64,000 nt of DNA, filler included, from Basidiobolus ranarum (GCA_040143965.1; 11 parts of 11 records of this genome joined end to end with filler, not necessarily neighbours in it); one strand, 5' to 3'; positions 12,306 to 24,295 are shown, counted from the whole stretch's first letter. Notes: generated from the letters alone by a model not told the origin. Program-made: numbers and translations.

Positions 12306-12596
12306 ATGGATAAAGTCAACGCTAATGTCAAATACGCCACTGGTTACGTTCAAGAGACCGCTGGTAATGTTCTCGGTAACGAACAAATGAAGGCCGAAGG
12401 AGCAGCCAAGCAAGCTCAAGGTGATGCCGAATACAAGGCCGCTCAGGCTCAAGGATACGCTCAAGGTGCCGGTGAGAAGCTGAAGGGAAATGTCAAGGAC
12501 ACTGTTGGCTCAGCCATTGGCAACGAACAGATGCAAGCTGAAGGCAAAGTTGGAGCCACCAAGGGTGATGCTCGCATGGATGCCAACTCCAACTGA
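12306..12596 (+). CDS. CsbD/Hmp1/LEA-like hydrophilin, 96 aa, intact
   Basis: Two CsbD-like units (G.V.ET.G...GNEQM.AEG...Q.QG). Intronless. TATAAAA near 12245 and AATAAA near 12646. Confidence 0.9.
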   Translation: MDKVNANVKYATGYVQETAGNVLGNEQMKAEGAAKQAQGDAEYKAAQAQGYAQGAGEKLKGNVKDTVGSAIGNEQMQAEGKVGATKGDARMDANSN

Positions 12597-12995
12597 AATA
12601 TATATGATAATAGTGTCTAAGTTCCATCCTGTTACTTGTATGTAAAATAAAATGTAATTTAGCTAACAATACAATGGATTTACATACCGCTAATTTCTCT
12701 TAAAGATCATTACTCATAAATTCATTGATAATCGGAGTTTGCGCCTCACGTCAGTCTTGGCTTGAATTCATAGCCAACCTTGTTTTAAGGTCAAGCAATA
12801 AAATCGAAAACAAAGCGGAATGTGTTTTGCACAAATTATGGAAAAATTAAAAATATAATATCATAAGATTGTCTAAAAGAGCAAATTACTCACTAAAAAA
12901 TGATTTCTGAAGAAAAGGATAATTGAACTCGAGTAAACTTTTGCTTTATTTACAGATCTTGGCTAAACACTGAATCTGATGTAATCAGTCTTGTT

Positions 12996-13286
12996 TTAGT
13001 TAGAGTTAGCATCCATACGAGCATCTCCTTTGGTAGCTCCAACCTTGCCTTCAGCTTGCATCTGCTCGTTACCAATGGCTGAACCAACAGTGTCCTTGAC
13101 ATTGCCCTTGAGCTTCTCACCAGCACCTTGAGCATATCCTTGGGCTTGGGCAGCCTTGTATTCAGCATCGCCTTGAGCTTGCTTGGCTGCTCCTTCAGCC
13201 TTCATTTGTTCGTTACCGAGAACACCACCAGCGGTCTCTTGAACGTAACCGGTAGCGTATTTGGCGTTAGCGCTGGCTTTATCCAT
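12996..13286 (-). CDS. CsbD/Hmp1/LEA-like hydrophilin, 96 aa, intact
   Basis: Protein nearly identical to 12306-12596, with mostly synonymous differences. AATAAA downstream on the minus strand near 12945. Confidence 0.9.
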   Translation of the reverse strand: MDKASANAKYATGYVQETAGGVLGNEQMKAEGAAKQAQGDAEYKAAQAQGYAQGAGEKLKGNVKDTVGSAIGNEQMQAEGKVGATKGDARMDANSN

Positions 13287-13837
13287 GTTGATGTTAGTTG
13301 CTATGGGAAAGATATTGGTTTGATTAGAATGAGCACTTACTTGGTATCTTATATAGTTTAACCACAGATGTGGTTTTCAGTACAACAACACGTAATACCT
13401 ATGACTTTCATATGATAATGAAGTGATGTGTCAATATTTTTGTACACATGTAATTGAGTTGGTTAAGATGAGTTGAGGTTAGATCTCGCAGTAATACATA
13501 TAGTGAGTCACTTCCTAGAGTCACTTCTAAATAGTGAATTAATGGTGACAAAGATTCTAATGAACTATACTACAGCTTACATTACCTAGAAATAAATAAC
13601 AAAAGTATTCAACAATCACAGCTAGGGAAAATTCCGAAATGATTTTGATAAAGATCATATGATTCTGGAATTTGTGATTAAGGAAGATCACTCCATCAAT
13701 GTCGAAATATTTATCAAAGTGTTTACTGGAATAGGTATAGAAGTGTATGGAATGTCTTCCACTAGTACTGTAGGCATAATTTCATTTATTTCATGAATAG
13801 CATTAAATGACCATTGAATTCTGAGTTCTGAGTTACG

Positions 13838-13906
13838 TTAATTAGAATTAGCATCCATGCGAGCATAGCCAGTCGCATATATAGTGTTGTCGTTGATTTT
13901 ATCCAT
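13838..13906 (-). CDS. Internally deleted in-frame mini-copy of the CsbD-like gene (22 aa, MDKINDNTIYATGYARMDANSN); may be a pseudogene
   Basis: The first 14 codons are fused in frame to the last 8 codons and the stop of the family gene. Confidence 0.75.
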   Translation of the reverse strand: MDKINDNTIYATGYARMDANSN

Positions 13907-14215
13907 GATGATATAGTTGCTAAGTGACGAAAGAACGTTCGAAGATATTGAAGTCCTTATTTGGCTTTCTATATTCTAGCATAATTGGAGAGATCAGTAA
14001 TACTCAACATTGTGTGATATTTTCCTATAGATTATGAGACTTGTGTTGTTAACGGTTGCCTTCTATATGACTGTTGATAGGTGCATGAACTTTAATCCAC
14101 AAAGCTCCGATATCAGTTAATGCTCTTCATTGTACCTCGTTATTATTTGACAAATAAAGTTGATCATTCAATTTATATTAGTTAAGTGCTATACAAAGTA
14201 ATGAATAAATATTCT

Positions 14216-14452
14216 AATCTGAGTTAGCATCCATGAGAGCATCACTCTTGGTAGCTCTTACTCAGCCTACTTTTGTTCGCTGCCAATGGCTGTGCCCTTG
14301 ACATATTCCCCTTTTCTCATCAGTGCCTGAAAAATCTCATTTAACTTGAGCTGTCTTGTATTCAGTATCAGCTTGAGCTTGCTTGGCGGCCCCTTCAGCC
14401 TTCATTTGTTCGTTACCGAGAGCATTACCAGTGGTCTCCTGAGTAGAACCAT
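14216..14452 (-). pseudogene. CsbD-like pseudogene
   Basis: QETTGNALGNEQMKAEGAAKQAQADTEYKTAQV, then frameshifts and deletions, ending ATKSDALMDANS. 5' end lost. Confidence 0.88.
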
Positions 14453-14863
14453 GGCAATTTTGTTGCTGAGTTAGGATATGTAATAATTGGACACTATATC
14501 GCTACTTTGCATATTAAGCAAGTGATATTATACCTGACATAATTATCATAGTTGGAACATGACTTGTATATACTGCCCTGTTGACATGTAGGGGCGTACC
14601 AAGGTTTGAGTTCATGGTTTAAGCATTAATGTCACAATGGGGCTCAAACTTAATACCTCTCTCACAAAATAACTTATTGCCATATCAACAACGTAAAATA
14701 TTTTTTCGTCGATAAAGCCACTGGTGCTATTGCGATCGAGAAGTGAAATGAGAGTTTAAATACTCAATCCACTGTGTGAGAATGGAATAGAATATAGTCA
14801 ACTGTAAAGTTGGATTTATTATACGAAGTAAATTGGTAGGTAGATATTAAGGTTGGTACTAAT

Positions 14864-15154
14864 TTAGTTGGAATTGGCATTCATACGAGCTTCTCCTTTG
14901 GTAGCTCCAACTTTACCTTCAGCTTGCATTTGTTCGTTACCGATGGCTGAACCGACAGTATCCTTAACATTTCCCTTGAGTTTCTCACCAGCACCTTGAG
15001 CATATCCTTGGGCTTGAGCAGCTTTGTATTCAGCATCACCTTGAGCTTGCTTGGCTGCTCCTTCAGCCTTCATTTGTTCGTTACCAATAGCACTACCAGC
15101 GGTTTCTTGAACGTAACCAGCAGCGTATTTAGCGTTAGCGTTGATTTTATCCAT
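14864..15154 (-). CDS. CsbD/Hmp1/LEA-like hydrophilin, 96 aa, intact
   Basis: Starts MDKINANAK at 15154. TATAAAA on the minus strand near 15194-15200. Confidence 0.9.
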   Translation of the reverse strand: MDKINANAKYAAGYVQETAGSAIGNEQMKAEGAAKQAQGDAEYKAAQAQGYAQGAGEKLKGNVKDTVGSAIGNEQMQAEGKVGATKGEARMNANSN

Positions 15155-15593
15155 GTTGATTTGATTGTAGATTGTGATGGCTACTGGCATCACTTTTATA
15201 GTGCCAAATTCTCAACCTGCGTTTATTTTTTGGTGAGATCAGTTGGAGTGATCATATATGAGGTCATTGCTCTATGCATTGGTATAAAAAACATTAACTA
15301 CTAACGTAGTTTAGATGAGATTATGTCATTGAATTCCTTCTAAATTGATATTTGACATAACAGACCACTGATCAATATTTTAATCTTTCAACTGAAAGTT
15401 ATATAAAATATTGACACATGATTCATTTCATGTATTAGCATATGGTAAAATCATACTTTTTAGTATGAATGCAAAAGAAGAGTGACTAACGAATGTCGAT
15501 TTGTAAATAATTCCAAATAGAAGTAAGATTAGCAGTATTTTGTTTTTCGTGTAACTAGATAAGGATATTATTGATTATAATTGTCATTCACCC

Positions 15594-15838
15594 TTTAGCT
15601 AGGATTAGCTTCCTTACGAGCATCTCCTTAGATGACACCAACCTTACCCTCAGCTTGCATTTGTCTGTTGTCAACAACTGAGTCAACAGTACGCTTGGCA
15701 TTACCTCTGAGCATATACCTGAGCCTGAGCAGTTATGTATTGAGCGTCAGCTTGCTTAACTGATCTTTCATTTGTTTGTTATCGGGGGCACTACCAGTAG
15801 TTTCTTGAACGTAACCAGCAACATTGACTTTATCTATA
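15594..15838 (-). pseudogene. CsbD-like pseudogene
   Basis: Start codon changed ATG to ATA. AGYVQETTGSAPDNKQMK ... QMQAEGKVGVI*GDARKEANPS*, with several deletions. Confidence 0.88.
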
Positions 15839-16067
15839 TTAATTCAGCTATGGAGGGAATATATGTGTTTACATAAGCTGCTAGAGTTTGATCAGTAAGA
15901 ATCATCGTAGTGATATTTTCTTGTTTGAATTATGTCATATGCGTTGTACAGTGTTTACATTCATATGATTATGAAGAGATTATAATGGTAGGAATCTAAT
16001 AATGAGTAGTCCAAGAGTTAGATATCTGAAACTATCTACGTAATATATACTTGTACTAATTCGAGAA

Positions 16068-16111
16068 GAGCTACCAAAGGAGAAGCTCGTATGGATGCCA
16101 ATTCCAACTAA
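16068..16111 (+). pseudogene. 3'-terminal fragment of CsbD-like gene
   Basis: ATKGEARMDANSN* followed by AATAAA near 16136; no upstream homology. Confidence 0.85.
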
Positions 16112-16371
16112 AATAATCACATGTATGACAATGTAAATAAAATACGACTACAATCTAAATTGATTTTCATCATGTAATCCCAAATAGTTTCTATCACTGT
16201 ATTTTGCTTGACCAATTGGTATATAAATTTTGCATAATTATTTTCTATCAGCGCTTAAGAATTTTTCATCGTGATATCAATCATGAAGGTTGAGACAACA
16301 TATGCTATATTGATACATATGCTTAAGCTGTATAAATAATCCTCTATAGTAAACTATGAGAAAATCCTTTT

Positions 16372-16411
16372 TTACTGAATTAGCGCTCATATGAGCCTTA
16401 CTTAGGGTAGC
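16372..16411 (-). pseudogene. Highly degenerate 3' fragment of CsbD-like gene
   Basis: Reads ATLSKAHMSANS against the family ATKGEARMNANS. Confidence 0.45.
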
Positions 16412-16668
16412 AGTATTAAGATGTTTTACTAGCAAGATCTAGATTCATTGGTGATATATTAGTGATAATAGTAGTTAATTGAGCTTCCTAATATTTTCTT
16501 TTTAAGTTGGTCTTCGCCTTTCTGTTGAAACTCCGAATAAAATTATACCTAGTATAGTGAGACAGACATTGGATGATATAGAAGTATACTAATATAGTGA
16601 TTCACTTTATTGATACATTGCTGATGAAGCTCTACATTAAAGCTACATTATATCATATTAAGATAGGT

Positions 16669-16959
16669 TTAGTCTTTGTTAGCATTCATACGGGTTTCTC
16701 CTTTAATAGCTCCTGCTTTGCCTTCAACTTGCATTTGCTCATTACCAATGGCTGAGCCAACAGTGTCCTTGATATTACCTTTGAGCTTCTCACCGGCACC
16801 TTGAGCATATCCTTGGGCTTGGGCAGCCTTGTATGCGGCATCTGCTTGGGCTTGCTTAGCAGCTCCTTCTGCTTGCATTTGTTCGTTACCAATAGCACTA
16901 CCAGCGGTTTCTTGAACGTAACCAGCGGCGTATTTGACGTTAGCGTTGATTTTGTCCAT
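16669..16959 (-). CDS. CsbD/Hmp1/LEA-like hydrophilin, 96 aa, intact (most diverged intact copy)
   Basis: MDKINANVKYAAGY...GETRMNANKD*; TATA-like TTTATAAA near 17009. Confidence 0.9.
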   Translation of the reverse strand: MDKINANVKYAAGYVQETAGSAIGNEQMQAEGAAKQAQADAAYKAAQAQGYAQGAGEKLKGNIKDTVGSAIGNEQMQVEGKAGAIKGETRMNANKD

Positions 16960-17497
16960 TTTAGAAAGATAATACGAGATGATAAGGATAGCTAACAAGT
17001 GATGACTATTTATAAATCATAATACTGGCCCACTTTGATTACTGCAGATAACACGATTGAAATTCAAGCGCAACGTCACGAACATACTACATGTGATCAA
17101 AAACTCCGCCCCTTTTCCAACCAGAATATTTCAAGAAAAGTGATGACGCAAACAAGTATGTTAACCATATAGAGTTAAGTAATAGGGGCTAGTCAAGGAG
17201 GGATATCTTTCTAACGAATAGGATATGCTTCACGTAGCTCTGGGATCGGACATTTCTTGGTGTCAGAGAGGATGATAACTTCTGTGCATTTACATTACCC
17301 TTAAATTTGAGGATTACGTAGTATTCGTAACGTTTATTCATAGCATTTATGATATTATCTTGCTGGAGTTCACTTGATTTTCCACTTAATATTCAGTTGG
17401 ATGTTCTGCATGGTTTATGGAACTAAGAAGTATATAAGACATCGGAATATCATTTAAAATTCACTCACCGATAACAGTAACAGCTAACCCCTATAAG

Positions 17498-17583
17498 ATG
17501 GATAAAATCAACGCTAACGTCAAATACGCCGCTGGTTACGTTCAAGAAACCGCTGGTAGTGCTATTGGTAACGAACAAATGCA
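17498..17583 (+). CDS. CsbD/Hmp1/LEA-like gene, 5' part (cut by contig end)
   Basis: MDKINANVKYAAGYVQETAGSAIGNEQM; almost identical at DNA level to the 16959 copy. TATATAAG near 17431. Confidence 0.88.
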
Positions 17584-17683
17584 NNNNNNNNNNNNNNNNN
17601 NNNNNNNNNNNNNNNNNNNNNNNNNNNTTAATTAATTAANNNNNNNNNNNNNNNNNNNNNNNNNNNNNNNNNNNNNNNNNNNN

Positions 17684-18026
17684 CTCTGGACTCATAACCT
17701 GCTAAGTATTTGGGAGCCTGTTGGAAGTGGTTTGGAGAATTAGAGAAATTGGTGGTCTTTATCTATTGATTTATTGAGTTGAAAGTTGACATTATGCAAC
17801 CTAACTTCTGGAGTGTGTTTAGGATAGTCCCAAAAACATGTGTGCAAATTTGTGGCTTCTAGCACAGGTGTAAAATATCTATATATCTGAGACCTTCCAA
17901 GTTGGTAAATATGTTCTAAATAAATTCCTATTGAGAATAATGGGTAATATCTTAGTTCAATATAGGATAACTAAATACTACACTATATATAACTATGTAA
18001 GTGCTTAGGCACTGCTAATGTTAGCA
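17684..18026 (-). mobile_element. Copia 5' LTR plus PBS (minus strand)
   Basis: Reverse-complement homolog of the LTR at 18859. Followed on the minus strand by GGTTATGAGTCCAG. Confidence 0.8.
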
Positions 18027-18119
18027 CTTTCTATCTAACTTAGAACTTTGGATGTCTCAAATCAGAGCATGAAATCAACAGATTCAATTCAGAAAATAGG
18101 TGGAATATATCTGCATATA

Positions 18120-19201
18120 TATCCTTGTCTGAAATAGAAAATTTGACACAAGCCCTGAAATCTGATGAAGCAACAGAATGGAGAAAAGCCACTGATGATG
18201 AAATTCACTCCCTAATTAAAAATAACACATGGATCCTTGTGGACTTTCCTACTGGAAGATAAACTATTGGTAACAGATAGTTGCTGAGACTGAAACTTAA
18301 CTCAGATGGATCTATCAATCAGTACAAAGCAACATTGGTAGTAAAAGGCTACACTCAGAAATATGGCATTGACTATGATGAAACATTTTCTCCTGTTGCT
18401 GAGTTTACCTCAATTGGAGTAATCTTAGCTATTGCTACTCACCAAGGAATACTGATTGACCAAATGGATGTTAAGACAGCATTTCTTAATGGGAAAATTG
18501 ATGAAGATATATACATAGATCAACCAGAGGGATATATTGCCAAAGGAAAAGAACATCAAGTATGTAAACAATGAAGAAGTCCATATGGTCTGAAACAGGC
18601 TCCTTGCACATGGAATACCAGAATCAATCAGATTTTTGTGATTAGCTAGAAATACCATGTTTCATATTAGAAGCAAACATATAGATATTAGACATCATTT
18701 TATTGGGGAGACTACAGAGAATACATTGATTGGCTTAACTTATTATTCTATAGAAAGCATGATTGCTGATATATTAACCAAACCATTAGCTAGGCAGAAA
18801 TTTACTAAATTTAGACCTTCCTTAGGATTAGTTTATATGACTATTTAGTTGAGGAGAGTGTTGAAATTATCAATGTCTAAACATCTACATAGTCATAAAT
18901 AGCTTAGTATTTAGTTATCCTATATTGAACTAAGATATCACCAATCATTCTCTATTGGAATTTATCTAGAATACTTTTACCAACTTAGAAGTTCAGGGAT
19001 ATATAGATTTTTTGAAGAAGCCTCAAACTTTGCACACATGTTCCTGGGACCTTCCTTAACACATTCTACATGTTAGTTTGTTCTTATCTTGACAAAACTA
19101 TAAATGTCTACCTTTAACTCAAAAAAATCAATAAGTGAAAACCACCAATTTCTGTAATTCTCCAAACCACTTACAACAAGCTTCTGGGACAAAATTGAAC
19201 A
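18120..19201 (+). mobile_element. Internally deleted copia: RT N-half fused to RNase H C-terminus, PPT and 3' LTR (18859 to about 19201)
   Basis: [36 protein letters not shown] and YGLKQAP, then a jump to RSKHIDIRHHF..ADILTKPL. PPT GAGGAGAG, then TGTTG. Confidence 0.92.
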
Positions 19202-19373
19202 ATACAAGACCTTGTGCTTGGTTAATGTTCAATATATTGTTTATAGTTTGAACCAAATGTAAGAATAAATAGTAAGATGTGAGAATGGAGTGAGACAAAT
19301 ATTTACAATCGAAATAATTCATAGCAATTGAGGGGGAACTTTGGTTGAGCTTGCATCTATATGTGAGAGATCA

Positions 19374-20480
19374 TTACAGTATCATACGTGAAGGGCCATT
19401 AGCCAACTCCTCATATCTATTGTCCAATTGATAGGCAGCAAACCTATTGTTCCGACTACAATCGCAATGAGAATAATCGTAAGTTGGATACAGTGTCATA
19501 CAGAGGAATACAAATGTTCCGGTATAACCAAGATTGAAAAATTTCATCAACAAATCGCTAATGAACCTGTTGTGAACAATGACCCCGGTAGTAAGAATGT
19601 CAGTATTGATGGTAAAGAGTGGCACGCACATCATTATCATCGAGGCTCCCAAATAGACATTTAACTTCATAGAGAACTCGAGGGTTTTTCTGGCCTGAGA
19701 AGTTCCTCCCACTTCATGCAGGGTTTTATGAAGACGAGTTTGATTAATGATGGTGAAACAAGTAAGTACCAGTAGCTCTACTCAAAATTGAACAAATTTA
19801 GTATCGATTCGGAGTCAAGTGACAGGCCAAATAGTCCTTACCTGAACAAAAAAACATTTGTGGGATTATCTATATCAGGCTAAATTAAGTTAAGTGATCA
19901 ATGTGAAGGATGATAAATCCACGGCTTACCGTGCTTTGTGTTTTGTCCCTTAAGTAGAAGAACTGAAGTAAAGCATACGATGCAAAACTAAGACAAGAGT
20001 ATACAAGATATAGGTGAAATTCAATACTGTTCATGAATGGTCTTTTGGTATATGATTGTACGATGAAATTCCATGTCGCTTGGAAGAGAAACAGCGAGCT
20101 GGTTAAAAAAGCAAAGCCATAATCTATGAGTGAATCGCTGATAGGTAAGAGCCTTAAATCTTCCGCACTCCAATACTCTTTGGGCTTCGAGACAACGTTA
20201 TCTCCAATGGTCATATAGCCCTCTCTGTATTTAATTGTGGTAACAATGATATCGTACACAACTGTCAATACATTTGACACCAGTAATAGAAAAGTAATGA
20301 TCGGCCGAAGTTCACCTTTTCGAAATCTCTTCAAATTTAGAGCTCCTCTGATTCCAACAAGGGTTTGAATGCGGTGCAATATCCATATTAGCGCCAAAAT
20401 GTTACATATCAACCGGTCTTTGATGCAACAAAATACGTTAAACCATTGATCGAGCACGAAGATATTGTAGGTAAAGCATA
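19374..20480 (-). CDS. Uncharacterised multi-pass membrane protein, at least 3 exons (start uncertain)
   Basis: Hydrophobic helices in ORFs 19885-20457 and 19374-19712. Minus-strand GTAAG donors near 19929 and 19842. About 6-7 TM segments in total. Confidence 0.65.
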
Positions 20481-22289
20481 TATACCTAAGTAAGTGTAGT
20501 CCGATAAATGAGTCATTTCAAGGGTACAGCTTGCCTAATGAGTGAAATAGTTGAAAATCCCTCTATTCTAGTGTCACAATGAAGAAGAGTGAGTGAGAAC
20601 AGACACGACTGCAAACAGGCTTCATAAAAGTGGTATTCTATATATGCTTGGAGAAAGAAAAGATCCATAGGTTTATTGAGTGAAAGCTAACTCGCAGATT
20701 ATTCGTGGTATAATGTTTCACATCTGACCTAACAAAATTACAATACCTAAACTGTGTCTGAAGAGGAGAAAGATGATTGAACTGAGTGATTCGGACAAAT
20801 ATCAAAATTTCCACAGGATAGAGCTTTGTGAATGACCTCAGCCAAGGGAGATCCAAATTCCGGCCAACTTTTGTAAGCAAAGCTATGCATACCCAAGCTA
20901 GCAAATAAGCATATATGGACAAGCACTGCTGCGCTACTACTCCAAGACTTAACAAGGTGTCAGACAGATGGTTTGTAGACGTAAAGGTGGCTAATTCATT
21001 ACCACCGAGTCAACCGGCAACGCCACTACGTGACCTATAGCTATGATATAAACTATGAATGAATCACTAATATGGTGGCATCGTTTTTCCTATTGTGTTT
21101 CACTGCCAACCATCCACGCCGATTTTTAGCCATAGTGTTATCATCTGCGTTAACCGGTTGGAGAAATCCGTTGTACATCTCTGATGTATGAAAGTGAGAA
21201 GTATAAAGCATGCAGATAGATTCAGTGGTGGGATGGGCCGGCGATGCGACGAATACAACGTTCTCTTCCCTGGCGGCGAATATTGTAAAATTGAAAATAT
21301 TAAGAAACAGAATCAAACCGTACTATAAATGATCTGCCAATTGCTCTCCTACGAAGAACCACATACAACGACTATATCGCAACAAATCTCTTGGTCAAGA
21401 CTCTCAGTGACTTCTTTGTATGTTTCATATTCCAACAGTGTCTAACCCTAGATATTGAAAATATAACCCTCGGTTACTATATTCTAGAAATACCATGTTT
21501 ACTCAGTCTCCAATAAGAGCTGTAGCAAAGTACCATTTCCCCACAATCGGCAACGCTATCAGCCACATCTTCCTCTGTAACTTCCTTGTAAACACCCAAA
21601 TAATCCAGCTTTCCATCACTCACGAGCAGTGGCAATATGAATCAGAGTAGAGAATACGCAAACTAGATACTAGATACTACATACTTTTCCGAGAACGATA
21701 CTAACTCTAAAAAGGCTGTGTTATTGAAACCATCACTATAGCGAATAATTGATCAGAAAGCCATTTAGAGTAATGGCCGAACCTACGCATACCCTTCTGG
21801 TCTCTGTCTTATGCATAAGAATACTCTTTACACTTTATGCCTCTAATGGCATCCCTTTGAGTTGTAAGCTAATATCGCGTTGCTCTTGCTCACTGCATGT
21901 CTACTTCAACGAAGTCGTGATTCCCACTGGTAGAAAATAGTTGATGAGACTATGCCATGTTCATTTATGAGTGATACTTTCCAGAATACTTGGCTAATTG
22001 TTAGATGATCGATGTTTATTGATTTTTGTTGAAAGAAAGTAAACATGAGCAATAGTTTCGAACCTGTGGAATAAGAAATAGTAAAACTCGAAAGGGCTCG
22101 ATGAAAATCATGTAAAAACGCTAGCATAATTTAATATTTTGTACAATGTTATACCTTTAAGTGCAATAACTTCCTTTCAGGGTCTAACTGATGCTGATAT
22201 GATCTGTGTAGCTCTCAAAAGCTAGATTCGGTGAGACAAAAATTGAACGAAGCTTTTGAATCGCATGAATTTCAACATAGTTACATGAT

Positions 22290-22655
22290 TTATAACGTAT
22301 ACGATATAGGTTGGGAAGAGTTATTAGGGGGAAGTTTAATCTCTTCTCCATTTCCGTAAGAATTTCTCCAAGAATTCCAGAATCGGGACCAAAACTTGCC
22401 TTGCTTAAGTAACATGGTAGAGATCTGTATGAATTTCCAGCCAAATCCTTGGAAGAAAGGAAATATGATGTGATCTCTGATTATAAGGGTGATAACCGAC
22501 CCAAAAGTTAATGTTTTTTGCTGAGCAATTTGTGTTGAGGGACGATGAATACGGAACGTTGAGCTATCGGTGCTACTAGACACTGAGTTATCGGAATCAG
22601 AGTCATACTCATTTTGCCGCATCATAAAACCAGGGTAACGAGAATAGCGCTGCAT
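22290..22655 (-). CDS. Small fungal membrane protein, DUF1770-like
   Basis: TFGSVITLIIRDHIIFPFFQGFGW resembles the DUF1770 motif TIRDQVIMPL.QG.LW. Ser/acid-rich N-terminus and Trp-rich C-terminus. Confidence 0.6.
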   Translation of the reverse strand: MQRYSRYPGFMMRQNEYDSDSDNSVSSSTDSSTFRIHRPSTQIAQQKTLTFGSVITLIIRDHIIFPFFQGFGWKFIQISTMLLKQGKFWSRFWNSWRNSYGNGEEIKLPPNNSSQPISYTL

Positions 22656-24295
22656 ATTGGATATTTTCTATCTAACTAGGCTCAGGCTGGAATACCTTAC
22701 AGTTGGAGTTATGGAGTTAAATCCCTCTGTCAAGGGAGTTCTGTACGATTTCGAAAAGTGTTTTCCAACTCTCGTAGTCACTACGTAAGAGATAATTTTG
22801 CAGAATTCGATGTTAGTTCAACTGTGGAAGATCAAATTGATAATAATTGGCTGTCACATTGATCGTAAATAATGTATTACGTTTTGAGCAAAAAAGTGAA
22901 AAATTATCCAACATGTAGAAAGTGGTTAATATATTAGAAATTCAGCAAACCTCTGAGCAACATTCATCTATTTTAAGAGCCTCTCTCACAAATATATACT
23001 AGGTTCGATAGAGTTTAGCTTCTCAGCTTTGCGCCTCTAGATGTTTAAGGATTTATACTGCACTTACAAAGCTTGGATTATTCGCATGTCCCTCTCAAAC
23101 AGCACACCACCCATATTCCTATCAACAAACGTAAGAACACTTTGTCTAGTCAATACAGCCCAGCTTTCCTTATCTGAGATACTGCAATTTGCTGTGATCC
23201 TGAATCGTTTTAGTGTGGGAAAACATGAATTTTGCCTTTCTCAATAGTATATCCGACAGTTGATACTGTACATAGTGAACCCCAATTAGTATTCATATTG
23301 AAACAATAAATCGAATCACAGAAGCCAATTGATTTGTGAAAGCTCTTCGGCGTGTTTGCAAGCGCAGGCGAATGAAGCGAAGTAGGAGTTTTCCATCCAA
23401 TTGATAACTATCGAGCCTTGCAATGAAAGCCGAGCCTGACGACATTCTCTTAGGCTAAGAATAATGCCCTANNNNNNNNNNNNNNNNNNNNNNNNNNNNN
23501 NNNNNNNNNNNNNNNTTAATTAATTAANNNNNNNNNNNNNNNNNNNNNNNNNNNNNNNNNNNNNNNNNNNNACTGTGAAGTTATTAAATGGAAGACAGTT
23601 TGAATAGATATATTTATATAGCGATATCAGAATTCACCCGTTAGTAAACTAGTTGGAGCAAAACCATCAAACATTTACACACTTTCAACTAAAACCCATG
23701 ATCGACACTAAAGCGCACATACATATACATTTGGAAAACACATTGTCCAACTCCGGGCACATCATCGATAAAGATTCGATTTTAAATCAGTTTTTTTCTA
23801 TTCTGGGTGTGTCTGTCTAAATTCACCTTCGCGTTAGGGTTAGACAGAGCAGGCTAGAGGGTGAGGGTTGCAAACACTACCGTATTTAGGAATATTCTAT
23901 TTGGTTTACCAAAGACATGTGTGTGTACCACATTCACTGACTTACTGGTTTCTTTCTCCCTACTTTTACTTATTGCGCTTATATTATGTCTCTCGACTTC
24001 CCTTGCGCAATACGCTATGATCAATAATTCCAATTTATATGTCACTCAGCTACGTTATTGTGTATCACCTCGAATTCCTCTATCAGAGTTTGTATAAACA
24101 AGATACACAGATAAAGTATTCGATAGATTGCCAGCAGATACAACAGCATTGTTAAGGAGTGATCCTCAATATATCTCCAAGTGGAACATGTCTTAAATCT
24201 AAGATATCGTATCTAAACTCATGACTAAAATCCAAATAGGTTATTTTACAATTGGTTCGTTTTATTTCTTTTTAATCATCACAAGATTCAATGAT

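Noticed and set aside
12950-16995. Repeated alternative-frame and antisense ORFs (MSISLGL..., MLNTRLPKPKD...)
   Set aside because: These are shadows of the CsbD-like genes and recur only because the sense genes are repeated.
11794-17583. CRISPR-like or other prokaryotic array
   Set aside because: The repeat units are 291-nt protein-coding genes with eukaryotic TATA and AATAAA signals. There is no short repeat-spacer structure and no cas gene.
23833-23843. GTTAGGGTTAG telomere-like motif (also CTAACCCTAG near 21442)
   Set aside because: Fewer than two full units and not at a recognisable junction; expected by chance.
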